Source: Dimorphilus gyrociliatus
Lineage: Eukaryota; Animalia; Annelida
Length of the DNA: 64,000 nucleotides
Reading direction: 5' to 3'
NCBI GenBank assembly: GCA_904063045.1
Contig: CAJFCJ010000001.1
Location: 3,038,001-3,102,000 of the forward strand
Positions 53,679 through 64,000 of this stretch are shown in pieces (position 1 is the stretch's first letter; every line of letters starts with the position of its first letter). The notes beneath the pieces are model-generated. The model was not told the origin of the DNA. It saw only the letters and a program-made list of their open reading frames with translations, and searched no databases. Both the position numbers and the translations under genes were made by a program.

Positions 53679-54261
53679 ACTTTGACCTTTCCCCGGAATT
53701 ATTAATTTAATCTTTGTGTGACTATCTTTCCCTTCCAAAACATAATCCTTGTCTTCCAAAACAGAAATCAAAAGAATTACGTTTTTATAACTCTTTTTAA
53801 ACATTTTCTAAAGTATGTTTATCTTGTATCTTTTGTCTATCTTATAGTTTTTTCCTCAATAGTTTCGGCAGGACCGAAGACAGTCCTATTTTTTATTTAA
53901 ATAAAAGTGTGATATCTATCATAAAACTGCATAAAAAACAGAGTTCAGACCTATATTTTTGATAGCAAGAAACATAGATTAACCTTGTCGCAGAAGTTTA
54001 TATTCTATATAGGCTTTAATCAATAATATATATAAGCCAAAAATGTGTTAAAAACAATATTTCTATTTGATACTGAATCATAATGAAACAATAGAAATCT
54101 AGATGGCAATACTGGTACCAAGAGAAATCTAAAAAAAAAGTCTTGGACGTAATTGAATATTGCTCAATTTCTTTTAAGAGGACTTGTATATACTGATTAC
54201 CAGTTTGCAACAATTCTAAGACGTTAGCGAAGGTTCTATTTAATTATTAAATTTAAAAAAG

Positions 54262-55332
54262 ATGAATAGAGAAGAGAAAGTTGAGCGAAATTTGGGTAAA
54301 AATAGAAAATTGCCCGATTGGATGGTAAAATCAATTGTAAATAGAATTTATATAAATTTCTTTTTCCCTTTTTATCATTCCCTTCTCAGTGTTTTAACGG
54401 TTTCATCATTTCAATATAAATATATAACAAAATCTTTCTTCCAACCCTTCACGCCTCTCCGACCTAACCGTTTCTCCTCAATAAAAGAATACGAGTGATA
54501 AAATTGTCTTATCGCCTATGAAGCTTCCTTGTTCGCCAGTTTACTCTTTTGACAGTAGCGATTGTTCGAATATTTGTGAACACTTGTTAGAAAGGACAGA
54601 AGCTTGTAAAAACAAAACAATTGCCGGATTTGATATAGAATGGGTTGTTAACTACAAACCAGGTCAACAATGTAAAGTTGCAACTATTCAGCTATGTTTT
54701 GAATTAGAAGATTCTAAAATAGACTGTTACGTCTTTCAAATTACTCCAATGCAGGGTATACTGTATATATTATATATATATATATATAATAGTATATGCA
54801 TCTTTGCAATCTGTTCTAATCTTAAATGCTATTTAAAACAGATCTTCCTATTCTGCTCTGGAAGCTCATAAAAAGTAATAATTTACAGTTAGTAGGCTTA
54901 GGTATTAACAAGTAAGCGTTATATATACTATATATATATATATTCATACTTGAATGATAAGAAAAAACACGATTTTTCAGTGATTTTATGAAACTATGTA
55001 GAGATTATGCAAAAGAATACTCAAGAGAATTTTCCCTAAAACTTATAGATTTAAGTGAATTTGCCAATCAGAAATTAAATTGCCATGAACGCTGGAGTCT
55101 GCAGAGTCTTTGCCTTAATTTATTTCAAAAGAACTTGGTTAAGGATGACAAAATTCGAATGAGCAATTGGTCTAATTGTCCTTTAACTAAACAGCAAATT
55201 GACTACGCAGCTCTTGATTCTTATGTTAGTATATAAATAATCATTGCCTAATATTTATTGTATTTTTTAACTATTTTGCTATTTTTTTAGGTTAGTTTAT
55301 TAATGTTTAAGAAACTGTATAACTTAAAATAG
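54262..55332 (+). CDS. Stand-alone WRN-type 3'-5' exonuclease (WRNexo-like, DEDDy DnaQ family) with an N-terminal Ku-binding motif; multi-exon
   Basis: Exon 1 MNREEKVERNLGKNRKLPDWM. ExoI GFDIEW...KVATIQLC. ExoII LVGLGINNDFMKLCRDY across two small exons. ExoIII RMSNWSNCPLTKQQIDYAALDSY|VSLLMFKKLYNLK* with TAG at 55330-55332. Confidence 0.85.
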
Positions 55333-55833
55333 AGGGTAAATAGAATGGAAAATTACAGATTCTTTTTATTGTGACGTGACGATACTGTACTGTACTGGTT
55401 TTATGAATTGTACTTTGTATAACTACCTTATCTGATTTCTCTCAATTATAAATAAACACAAAAGTCACATAGTACTAATAATAATAATAATAAAAAAGCC
55501 AGTAAAATTTTCATTAATTCATATTAATAACAAAATATTAAACAGATTTTTGATATTCCTGGCTTTTTATCATTGAAATTTAAATAATTTATTATTTTCT
55601 CCTTAAAAAACAAAGATGAAGAGAGAAGAAGTGGAAGAACAGTAGGTTTAATGATTATATGGATAGTGATAAAGAGGTAATGAATATTTATGATTCAATG
55701 GAAGAGTTTCAATAAGTTTATATACTTGTATATTATATATATATATATTCACTATATATTGAATGAATCAGATATCACCTTTTTCAAATTTGTATACATT
55801 TATATATATATATATATACAACTTTTGAGGATT

Positions 55834-58800
55834 ATGACTGAAATACATCCTGCTTCATCTCTTCCTAGGCAAGATGAAAAAGATATATCGGTAACTATAG
55901 TATATGTACAACATAAAGTGAGTGTTCTTCTAATATTCTTTTCATATTCAATATACTCTTTAGATTATTAGTGACCATGGAAGTGTAACGAAATCGGCAG
56001 AGAAGCCGGAACAAGACGAAGATAGTAGAGATAATTGGACAGGTAGATTTGATTTTCTACTGTCATGTTTAGGATATGCTGTTGGACTTGGCAACGTTTG
56101 GCGTTTTCCCTATAAATGTTATGAAAATGGTGGAGGTTCTGTGTGAAATATGAAATAGGTTTCAGATTGAATTTTATCAATACAATGATCATTTTTTAGG
56201 CGCTTTCTTTATTCCTTACTTGATAATGATGGTTTTTGTCGGTATGCCACTATTCTTTTTGGAACTCGGTTTGGGTCAATTTACTAGTAGTGGACCCACT
56301 ACGTGTTGGAAATATTGTCCCATTTTTGGGGGAATTGGATTAGGAATGGTAGCAGTATCAGCGATGATTGGAATTTACTATAATATGATAATAGCTTGGG
56401 CAGGCTACTATTTGGTTATGTCATTTACAAAAATACCAAATTTACCTTGGGATAACTGCGATAATTCCTGGAATAGTGACGGTATGTGAATATTTTACAA
56501 GATATTTTCAGAAATGACTACCAATACATTGATATAAAAGAATAATAAATACCGTTTCATAAATTGATGTTTATAGAATGTTTTGACCGAATAAATCCGT
56601 GTATAAACCTAACAAAGAATGATAACGGACGATGCGAAACGCTGAATGGAGTGAAAGTAGGTTTTTGGAATATTTCATTAGCCAAAAAAGCGGGAATTAA
56701 TTTGAAATTTGCAAGCGAAGAATATTATTAGTAAGGCTATATTGTATCTCGACCGTCTCTCTTTCTTTCGAATACTCAGATATCCTCCTTTCTTCTTTCT
56801 TTCTCTATTTTCGTTATCTATTTAAATACATTTCACGTTTGTTTTAGTGGGAATATCTTGGAAATGTCTTCAGGAATAGACTCTTTAGGAAAATTAAAAT
56901 GGCAATTAGTACTAAGTTTATTTCTTGCATGGGTTTTAGTATTTTTTTGTCTATGTAAGGGCGTTAAATCTTCTGGAAAAGTTGTATATGTCACAGCAAT
57001 AGCACCATATATTGTTTTAATAATACTTTTTGGCAAGGGAATGACTTTAGATGGTATGGGAAATGGCGTAAAATTCTATGTAACACCCAAATGGGAGAAA
57101 TTAAAAGAGGCTAAAGTTTGGTACGATGCTGCGAGTCAAATATTCTTTTCTCTGGCTACATGTTGGGGTGGTTTAATAACACTATCAAGTTATAATAAAT
57201 TTAAAAATAACGTATTATCCGATACGTTAGTTGTAACTATTGGAAATAGTTTAACAAGTATATTCGCAGGTTTCTAAATAGCTTTCTAGTTCTATATGTT
57301 TAACTATTAATATGAACATCTAGTTAACTGTAGTATCTTTTCTTTAGGGTTTGTTATATTTGCTTATCTCGGTCACATGGCTCATAGAATAGACAGGCCA
57401 GTTGACGAAGTTGTCGATGGAGGTTTGTATTATAAGACAAATCAGCTAAATACACGATATATATATATGTACGAATGCAGGAACTGGATTGGCTTTTATT
57501 GTTTATCCGTTTGCTGTAACCGAATTGCCAGGCTCTGTTTTTTGGGCCATTGCCTTTTTCTTTATGCTTATCCTTTTAGGATTAGATTCACAGGTATATC
57601 TGCCTATTTCTCCTATCATTTAACACTAATATTATTTTATATGGTTACTGTCAACCTAATGCCTATAAATTACTATTACGTAACACATCTGCATAATGAA
57701 TACACTTACGGGTGTAACATGTAGTATAGGATAGTATAGTTTACGTATAATATCTAATATTTTATAATTCCTATTAGTTTGCTCTGTTGGAGACAATAAC
57801 TACATCGATTCAAGATCAGCTTCCAAACTTCTTCAAAGGAAAGAAGAAAACATTTCTTATCATGTTTATATCGCTTTTGCTCTTCCTAGTTGGCCTATTT
57901 TTGTGTACTCAGGTAAAAATTGATTAGGAAAAAGGTTTGATTAGCGCAATAAAATAAAATAAAATATTCTCTTTGAAGGGAGGACCTTATATATTGGAAC
58001 TATTGAATACCTATGTAGGTGGGTGGTCAATTATTACTTTAGGTATTTGTGAAACATCATCTTTAATGTATATATACAAATGGAAAAAATTCTCGAACGA
58101 CTTACACGTCATGTTGGGGAAAAAACCTTGGATATGGTGGAGAATAATGTGGAGTTTTGTCACTCCTGCAATTATGTTGGTAAGTAATATATGAAAAAAA
58201 AGATTATTAGGATTTTTATACCATTTATAGCTTGTATAATATCGGCAGTTTGTTATGATTTTCTCGTTTATCGACTATTCTGGAGCTAAATTTGGCAGTT
58301 ATATTTATCCTAATTGGGCGAATGGTGTTGGTTGGTGCCTTACAGCTATAGTTGTTGTACTAGTGCCAGCTTACGCCATCTACTTTTTAGTAAGATTGGA
58401 TGAAAGGAATCTTTTAGAGGTAGATTAAAACAATGTTTACTGAAATTTAAAGTCACATGAATAGCTAATAACTAACCAATTAATTAATTAATTAATTAAT
58501 TAATTAATTACTATCTCCCAGCAGCTATTGTTTTGTTTTTTTTTAAAGTCTATTAATTGTTTACTACTCATTTCTCTAGAAATTGAAAGTGTCCATCAGA
58601 CCAACTAAAGACTGGGGTCCACGTTTGAACGAGAACAGACGTGCAGCAGGTTATGATCCCATCGAAGTAAATGATACAGTTTTATCGTCTCCCACAGAAG
58701 ATAATTATCAAGAAGCGGTAATTGACTATTTAATAATCTATCATTAAACACTTATAATATAGTTTAACTATGTTTATACTATAAGTATAAATATAACGAT

Positions 58801-59010
58801 ACAAGGCATATTATTAAACATGGGATATTCTATATTTATCTTAATGAAAAAGCAAATTATTCTTCTCTATTAATATAAATGTTTATAAAAATAATTTAAC
58901 AAGAATAAAATGCTCTGCCATTTTTTTTTTATCAGAATGAAGACGTAAGAGAATCGAAAATTGGACCATCATTCACAAATCCAAGTTATATCAATGAAAC
59001 TTATTTATAA
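55834..59010 (+). CDS. SLC6 sodium/chloride-dependent transporter, amino-acid (glycine/proline transporter-like) subfamily; multi-exon
   Basis: [37 protein letters not shown] signature; [26 protein letters not shown]; [29 protein letters not shown]; last exon [24 protein letters not shown] with stop at 59008-59010. Confidence 0.92.
58478..58510. repeat. (AATT)n microsatellite in an SLC6 intron
   Basis: Run of aattaattaatt read directly. Confidence 0.8.
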
Positions 59011-60866
59011 TGTGTACTTGAAGTATTTTATTATATATAATATATTGTATATCAATTGAAAATTGAAATATTCAAGTAAATTCATTTCTTTATCTTCTAT
59101 TTTTAGTTCTAAATATCATATCATTAGTTTTGTATGATTAATGAACACGAAATATTATTAATGATGTATTTTATGTACCTGTTAAATTAACTGGTATGCT
59201 TTAATAAAGTTTATACAGATTAAATTGCCTACAGCTGCAAATTTCTACGTTGGTATATAGTTTCTAATAAAATAGACATTCCTAAAAATCTTTATATATT
59301 TTCATTTCAACTTTGCATTTATCTTAGTACAAATCAATTTTGTTTCTCATATAATAAATATACATTTTACGTTGATGATAAATTTATGATGTTTAAAAAA
59401 GAAACATCATTTTTCTTTTTCCTTCCTTGACTGTTTTCTCTTCTTTTCTCTTTTAATCCTTTCATCGTTTATCCTAAGTAATTAGTAACGATGTTATCGA
59501 TAGTAATAACTTAACGAGATAGATGTTATTCATTATTTTTATTAGTAGCGTAACGCGTACTCTCCTCCTCTACTTCTCTCTCTCTCTCTGCCTCCGTCTC
59601 TTTTGATTAACAATCCAAAGAAATAGTTTATTGGATTAGAAGAGAAATTTACTTGGTACAATTACTACATAATGTTAAAATTCTTACTAAAATGTACATT
59701 AAGAGTTTGGAGACTGCACTCAGATATAGCAATTCCAGCTCTTTCTATTCCTAGATAATAGCATAAGTGATTTTATAAGTAGAAATATGATAATTACTAT
59801 TACTTAATTAATATTTTTAATTATCTATGTCATTAGTTTTTCACTGTTGTGATTATCATATTTAATATACTGTGTACTAATACATAAATGTGAATTGCTG
59901 CTTAAGATTTGTATCTCTTATGTAGGTCTTAATCTTTTCTTCTTTCAAATCCTAAGTGGAAGAAGGAGAAAAATCATAAGATTACATTGATTTATTATAA
60001 AACTGTTTGGTTATGTTTGTTTCTTTTTCTATTGTCTATCCATTTCTTTTATACATTAGTCTACCTAAGTGTTTTAACATATTTCTTCTTTTTCAACAAC
60101 CGTTAACCAATCCAAATGAAAATCTTTTCTTTTCTAGTAAAATAATAATAGTTCAATATTAAATATCGTTTGTCTAGCATTTAATTTATCGATATAATTA
60201 TTATTTAATCCGATAACAGGAAGAAGTTTATTACAACAACACCATACAATGTAAAGCTTCTTATTTAATACTCTATATTATTTTTTGGTAGTTTACTAGT
60301 TCAAATTGGACACATTAACTAAAAAAATAAACTATTTAAATTATATATACAGTGTATTAAGTATCTAACTTTGCAGGAACTTTCGCTTTTTCGGACACAA
60401 TAGGCTTAAATAAATACTATATGTTAGTATTATGTTATAATTGTAAGAAATCTAATCTACACTCTTTTATACTTACTAATTAATTTTTTATATTAAATTT
60501 TAAGGAATAAGGGAGAAAATACCGAAAAAAAGAAAATACGTTTTGTTCCTATAAAACAAAAATATTTGTCTCTTTATTCAAATAAGAGAATTAGAATAAT
60601 GTAATAATTATTAATTAAACCTATATTATAATTGTTATATAATTATTCTAACAATATTAATGATTATTAATCATTTTTAAGTACTAATAAACTATTGACA
60701 TTTGACGCTAGAAATTCCTTTCTCTTTTTAATGTACAGGTGGTGTTTTAGCTCTATAATCAACTCGGCTTCCATGCAACCCGAATAATCAATAATACTTT
60801 TATTGATCGTATACGCGCAGATGCAGGGTTCTGTTTATTCATTCATCATCGTAACTTCTAACTAGA

Positions 60867-61490
60867 ATGAACTTGACTAGGTTGGTATCTATGATTTGTT
60901 CTTTAGGGTAAACAAAATATTATCAATTTTCTAAATAAATAAACAGTTGTAATGTTTAAATATTGTGCATATTTGAAATAATATAATAATATATAGAGAT
61001 ATATACTGTAATAACTTTTCTCTATTTGATAAACAGCGCAGCTACCCTGTTAAATACGACATTGAAAACAACAACGAACGCTCCCATTCAAACAACATTG
61101 CCATATTACACTTACGCAAATGCCGAATTTGAAGTATTGTTACCTTGTATTTTCGGAATATTCGTTGTTATGTCTTTAAGTAAGGTCTAAGATCTAATAA
61201 GTAGTATTCATAAACTATCTTCCTGGTATTTTTTAATAGCACTTATGATGTTTTACTCGAAAGAAATGAAAGGAATAGTTTTTATATCAAAGAAGGAAGA
61301 AGAGATGGATGGAAATATAAACGAAAATGAAACGGTTGACTATGATGGGTAATGGAGTAATGTTAAATCTTTTAGTAAGCTAAAGAAAAAAAATTTTCAT
61401 CATCTTTTCAGAGCGGTAAAAGTCAAACCAAAGAAATGGCAGCTACCCTTCCATCTGTTTCACGCTAAGAAAAGAGATAATTTATATTAG
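60867..61490 (+). CDS. Small (~125 aa) single-pass membrane protein with short Thr-rich ectodomain; orphan, C-terminus uncertain
   Basis: Four small exons join in frame: MNLTRLVSMICSLG|AATLLNTTLKTTTNAPIQTTLPYYTYANAEFEVLLPCIFGIFVVMSL|TLMMFYSKEMKGIVFISKKEEEMDGNINENETVDYDG|AVKVKPKKWQLPFHLFHAKKRDNLY*. An alternative splice could end it at 61559. Confidence 0.55.
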
Positions 61491-62221
61491 AAATGATGAA
61501 ATATTTAATATTTTCTTTTCGCAAGTCAAAAACCTTTAAACAAGCCACAAAACGAATAAAGGAGGAGTTTCTATTTGGCACAAACGAATTGATAAGCACG
61601 AAATATAGAATATTATTATCAATTATCTTTATTTTTTTTCATTATTGCTTAAAAAGCCTTTGACTTTAAAAGTATTCTATTGTTGAGAACTTGCGCAGAC
61701 GGACAGGTAAAGTTTAAAGATGTATTATGCCTCTCTAATTTGAATGTCATCCAGGTTACTGTAAACTATTAACGATTACATAACTTAACATTTTTTATAA
61801 AAGAAACTTCAACGTCATTAGTGTTTTAAATAGATTTTATTTATTATTAAACGAAAAAATAGAGAAATATCTCAGTATTGAAAAATCATTACAAAATATG
61901 TCAAGTTTTACATTTGAAACATGATACCTTGGTTTAATTATTAATATGTTCATGTTTCCATTCAATACTATCTTTAACTTGCTTTCTTTTCGTAAATTAA
62001 TAAACTATTCATATGCAGAGATATATGTATATACTGTATATAGTATGTATCATATCTATCTTCTTCGTATATTCATTTAACTCATTAAAAAATAGTTTGC
62101 ACGCCAAAGAATACAGAAAAAGATATAAAAAATAGATTAGATTGTGTGTTTGCGAAATGTGTATAAGTTATATAATTTAAAAACGCTTGAGAAAGATTTG
62201 TTTATTCTAGGAGGATATCCT

Positions 62222-63215
62222 TTATTGTAAAGATGAGTAGGAATTAGCTCTGAAAGTATCAAAATAACGATATATAATATGTAATCTAAATTATTATGTA
62301 ACAAACTTACTCTCTTAATTTTTTTACCATCATCAAAATGACAATAACTAGTATAACTATAACTATTCCCATTGGAATTGCAATTGCAGCAGCAACAGTT
62401 TTAACTGAGTGATGGAGATAAAAGATAAATCAATAAAAATTTCATCTTTTCTTGGTATTTTTAACAGTAGAATTTATTCTAAATACTTACCAGATACTCC
62501 AGCTTTTGTTGGTTCTGGTTTTTTTGTTGATTTTCCTGTGTATGGATGTCCAGTGCTTGTTTTTGATCCACTAGTGGTTTTCGGGACCGTAGTTGTTTCT
62601 GGTACTTTAGTCGTGGTTTTCGGTACTTTAGTTGTAGTTTTCGGTACTTTAGTCGTAGTTTTCGATCCCGTAGTTGTTTCTGGTGCTTTAGTCGTGGTTT
62701 TCGGTACTTTAGTCGTAGTTTTCGATCCCGTAGTTGTTTCTGGTGCTTTAGTCGTGGTTTTCGGTACTTTAGTCGTAGTTTTCGATCCCGTAGTTGTTTC
62801 TGGTGCTTTAGTCGTGGTTTTCGGTACTTTAGTCGTAGTTTTCGATCCTGTAGTTGTTTCTGGTGCTTCAGTCGTGGTTTTCGGTGTTGTGATCGACGAC
62901 TTTGGTGCATTACTAGTGTTGCCTATTTGGAAAATTCCCGGTTCAAATTAAATGATCTTTAAATACATATATATATAAATTTATATATACTAATATATAT
63001 ATATTATTAGCTTACCAGTTGTAATGGTGACAAGCAAAAGTAGAGCTGAAATGGAAAAGACAACATTATAATTAGAAAAATTGTCCGTCTACTCTTTAAC
63101 AGCTTCATCTATTTTTTACAGATTTCAAGTAATATATATATATTTTAACAAATTTGAAGATATTTAATAATAATTGTAACTAATCCATACAACAAATTAT
63201 CACAAGAGATTTCAT
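62222..63215 (-). CDS. Small transmembrane mucin (~200 aa; endolyn/CD164- or porimin-like architecture) with C-terminal YSSL motif; 5 exons
   Basis: Exons 63191-63215, 63016-63045, 62491-62922, ~62310-62404 and 62222-~62249 give MKSLVIICSLLLLVTITTG|NTSNAPKSSITTPK(TTTKAPETTTGSKTTTKVPK)n...PEPTKAGVS|VKTVAAAIAIPMGIVIVILVIVILMMVKKLR|EANSYSSLQ*. All junctions are GT-AG and phase-compatible. Confidence 0.8.
62573..62886. repeat. Coding 60-bp tandem repeat (21+21+18 bp sub-units), 4 near-perfect copies at 62641-62880 plus degenerate flanks
   Basis: Four consecutive 60-nt lines are almost identical (TCGGTACTTTAGTCGTAGTTTTCGATCCCGTAGTTGTTTCTGGTGCTTTAGTCGTGGTTT). Encodes KTTTKAPETTTGSKTTTKVP on the minus strand. 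Confidence 0.95.
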
Positions 63216-63270
63216 GGTTTTTCACGTAGTCTCTGTTAGCTATAATGTCTACAAAATGTCGGTAGGGAAA

Positions 63271-63289
63271 TCACGTGATGTCATGTGAC
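63271..63289. promoter_or_regulatory. Tandem E-boxes of CLEAR / M-box type (TCACGTGA and GTCATGTGAC) just upstream of the mucin gene
   Basis: TCACGTGATGTCATGTGAC lies 56-74 nt upstream of the minus-strand ATG at 63215 and matches MiT/TFE (TFEB/MITF) binding consensus. Confidence 0.6.
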
Positions 63290-63678
63290 CGTAGACAGAC
63301 ACCCTATCTAGGTTATGATAGAATACAGATCAATACTTTATTTTACCTTAACATTGATAGCCTATTGTCAAATGACTTTGTTAATGATGATAAAAATTGA
63401 GAAAATATTTGCCTAATTGAATATGTAATGCATGTTTTAAAGATTCAAGTGGACTTTGATAAGCAATTGTAGCCTATTACGCAACACACCCCTCTTTTTA
63501 CGCAAAGATACGCCCCCTATCTATATATAGAATGATTAGAATTTATTGTACTCTTTATATAGGCTTTAAAAAATAGCCTAATATGCTTTTTCATGTAAGA
63601 CTTTGCCAATTAAAAAAAAGAAATTTAATATGTAAAAGCAGCTAGTAATGCAGGTTTTGAAAAGATATATATATACAT

Positions 63679-63718
<40 letters not shown>

Positions 63719-63725
63719 AAGAGAG
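63679..63725. repeat. Compound (TA)n(GA)n microsatellite
   Basis: tatatata run followed by gagagaga run, read directly. Confidence 0.85.
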
Positions 63726-64000
63726 TTTAGAAAAGGGATTTATAAGATTGCGCAAAGAATTGAACATATTTATTCGTTAACCTCTTCTTAGTTTGTTTTA
63801 TTTAATATATGAGTAAAAAAACAAAAATATGCTCTAATTCAAGTCCTAATTGATTCGTTTTTTCTATATATCATATTAAAAGAAAGCTGAAATCAATGAT
63901 TCTTTGCATGTCATCTTATTGAAATATGAAAGCCTCTTTTAAAGGGAATTAAAGTCAAATATATATATATATAAAATGAGAGAGAGACAGAGAGAAGTGC

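Noticed and set aside
55690-55971. 93-aa + strand ORF upstream of SLC6
   Set aside because: Mostly TA-rich low-complexity and intronic sequence; only 55834-55887 is the real first coding exon of the transporter.
62573-62886. Possible CRISPR-like array
   Set aside because: Units are head-to-tail with no unique spacers, lie in a coding exon, and the context is eukaryotic.
62409-62951. 180-aa Val-rich + strand ORF (and the 143-aa minus-strand ORF 62479-62910)
   Set aside because: These are the antisense and off-frame shadows of the mucin repeat. The third, minus-strand Thr-rich frame has matching splice sites, a signal peptide and a TM helix.
1-64000. tRNA, rRNA or other structured ncRNA genes
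   Set aside because: No cloverleaf, rRNA-like or snRNA-like sequence recognised by eye; a tRNAscan-SE/Infernal run would be needed to exclude them formally.

Overview
AT-rich, gene-dense eukaryotic DNA using the standard genetic code, with many ~50-80 nt GT-AG introns. The gene set (gustatory-receptor-like, SLC6, WRN exonuclease, mariner) points to a compact-genome invertebrate animal (inference). In order: two paralogous DUF4062-like/P-loop NTPase/TPR genes tail-to-tail (1-8433); an F-box/WD40 gene; a decayed ABCA fragment; a phospholipid scramblase gene with a dead mariner in one intron; a gustatory-receptor-like gene; a 33-kb gene (20703-53678, about 28 exons) for a roughly 9,900-aa single-pass membrane protein; a stand-alone WRN-type exonuclease with a Ku-binding motif; an SLC6 transporter; and two small single-pass membrane protein genes absent from the ORF track, one a Thr-rich mucin with a YxxL tail and tandem CLEAR/M-box motifs upstream. 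The giant protein is the best candidate for an undescribed system. It has a signal peptide, about 7,500 aa of Cys-rich repeats with a ~680-690 aa super-repeat, a candidate 9-nt microexon, paired furin sites, one TM helix, cytosolic DPxTG hairpin repeats, a long coiled coil and a terminal HALAH pseudo-zincin-like domain. All gene models and lengths were assembled by eye and are approximate. No database search was run.
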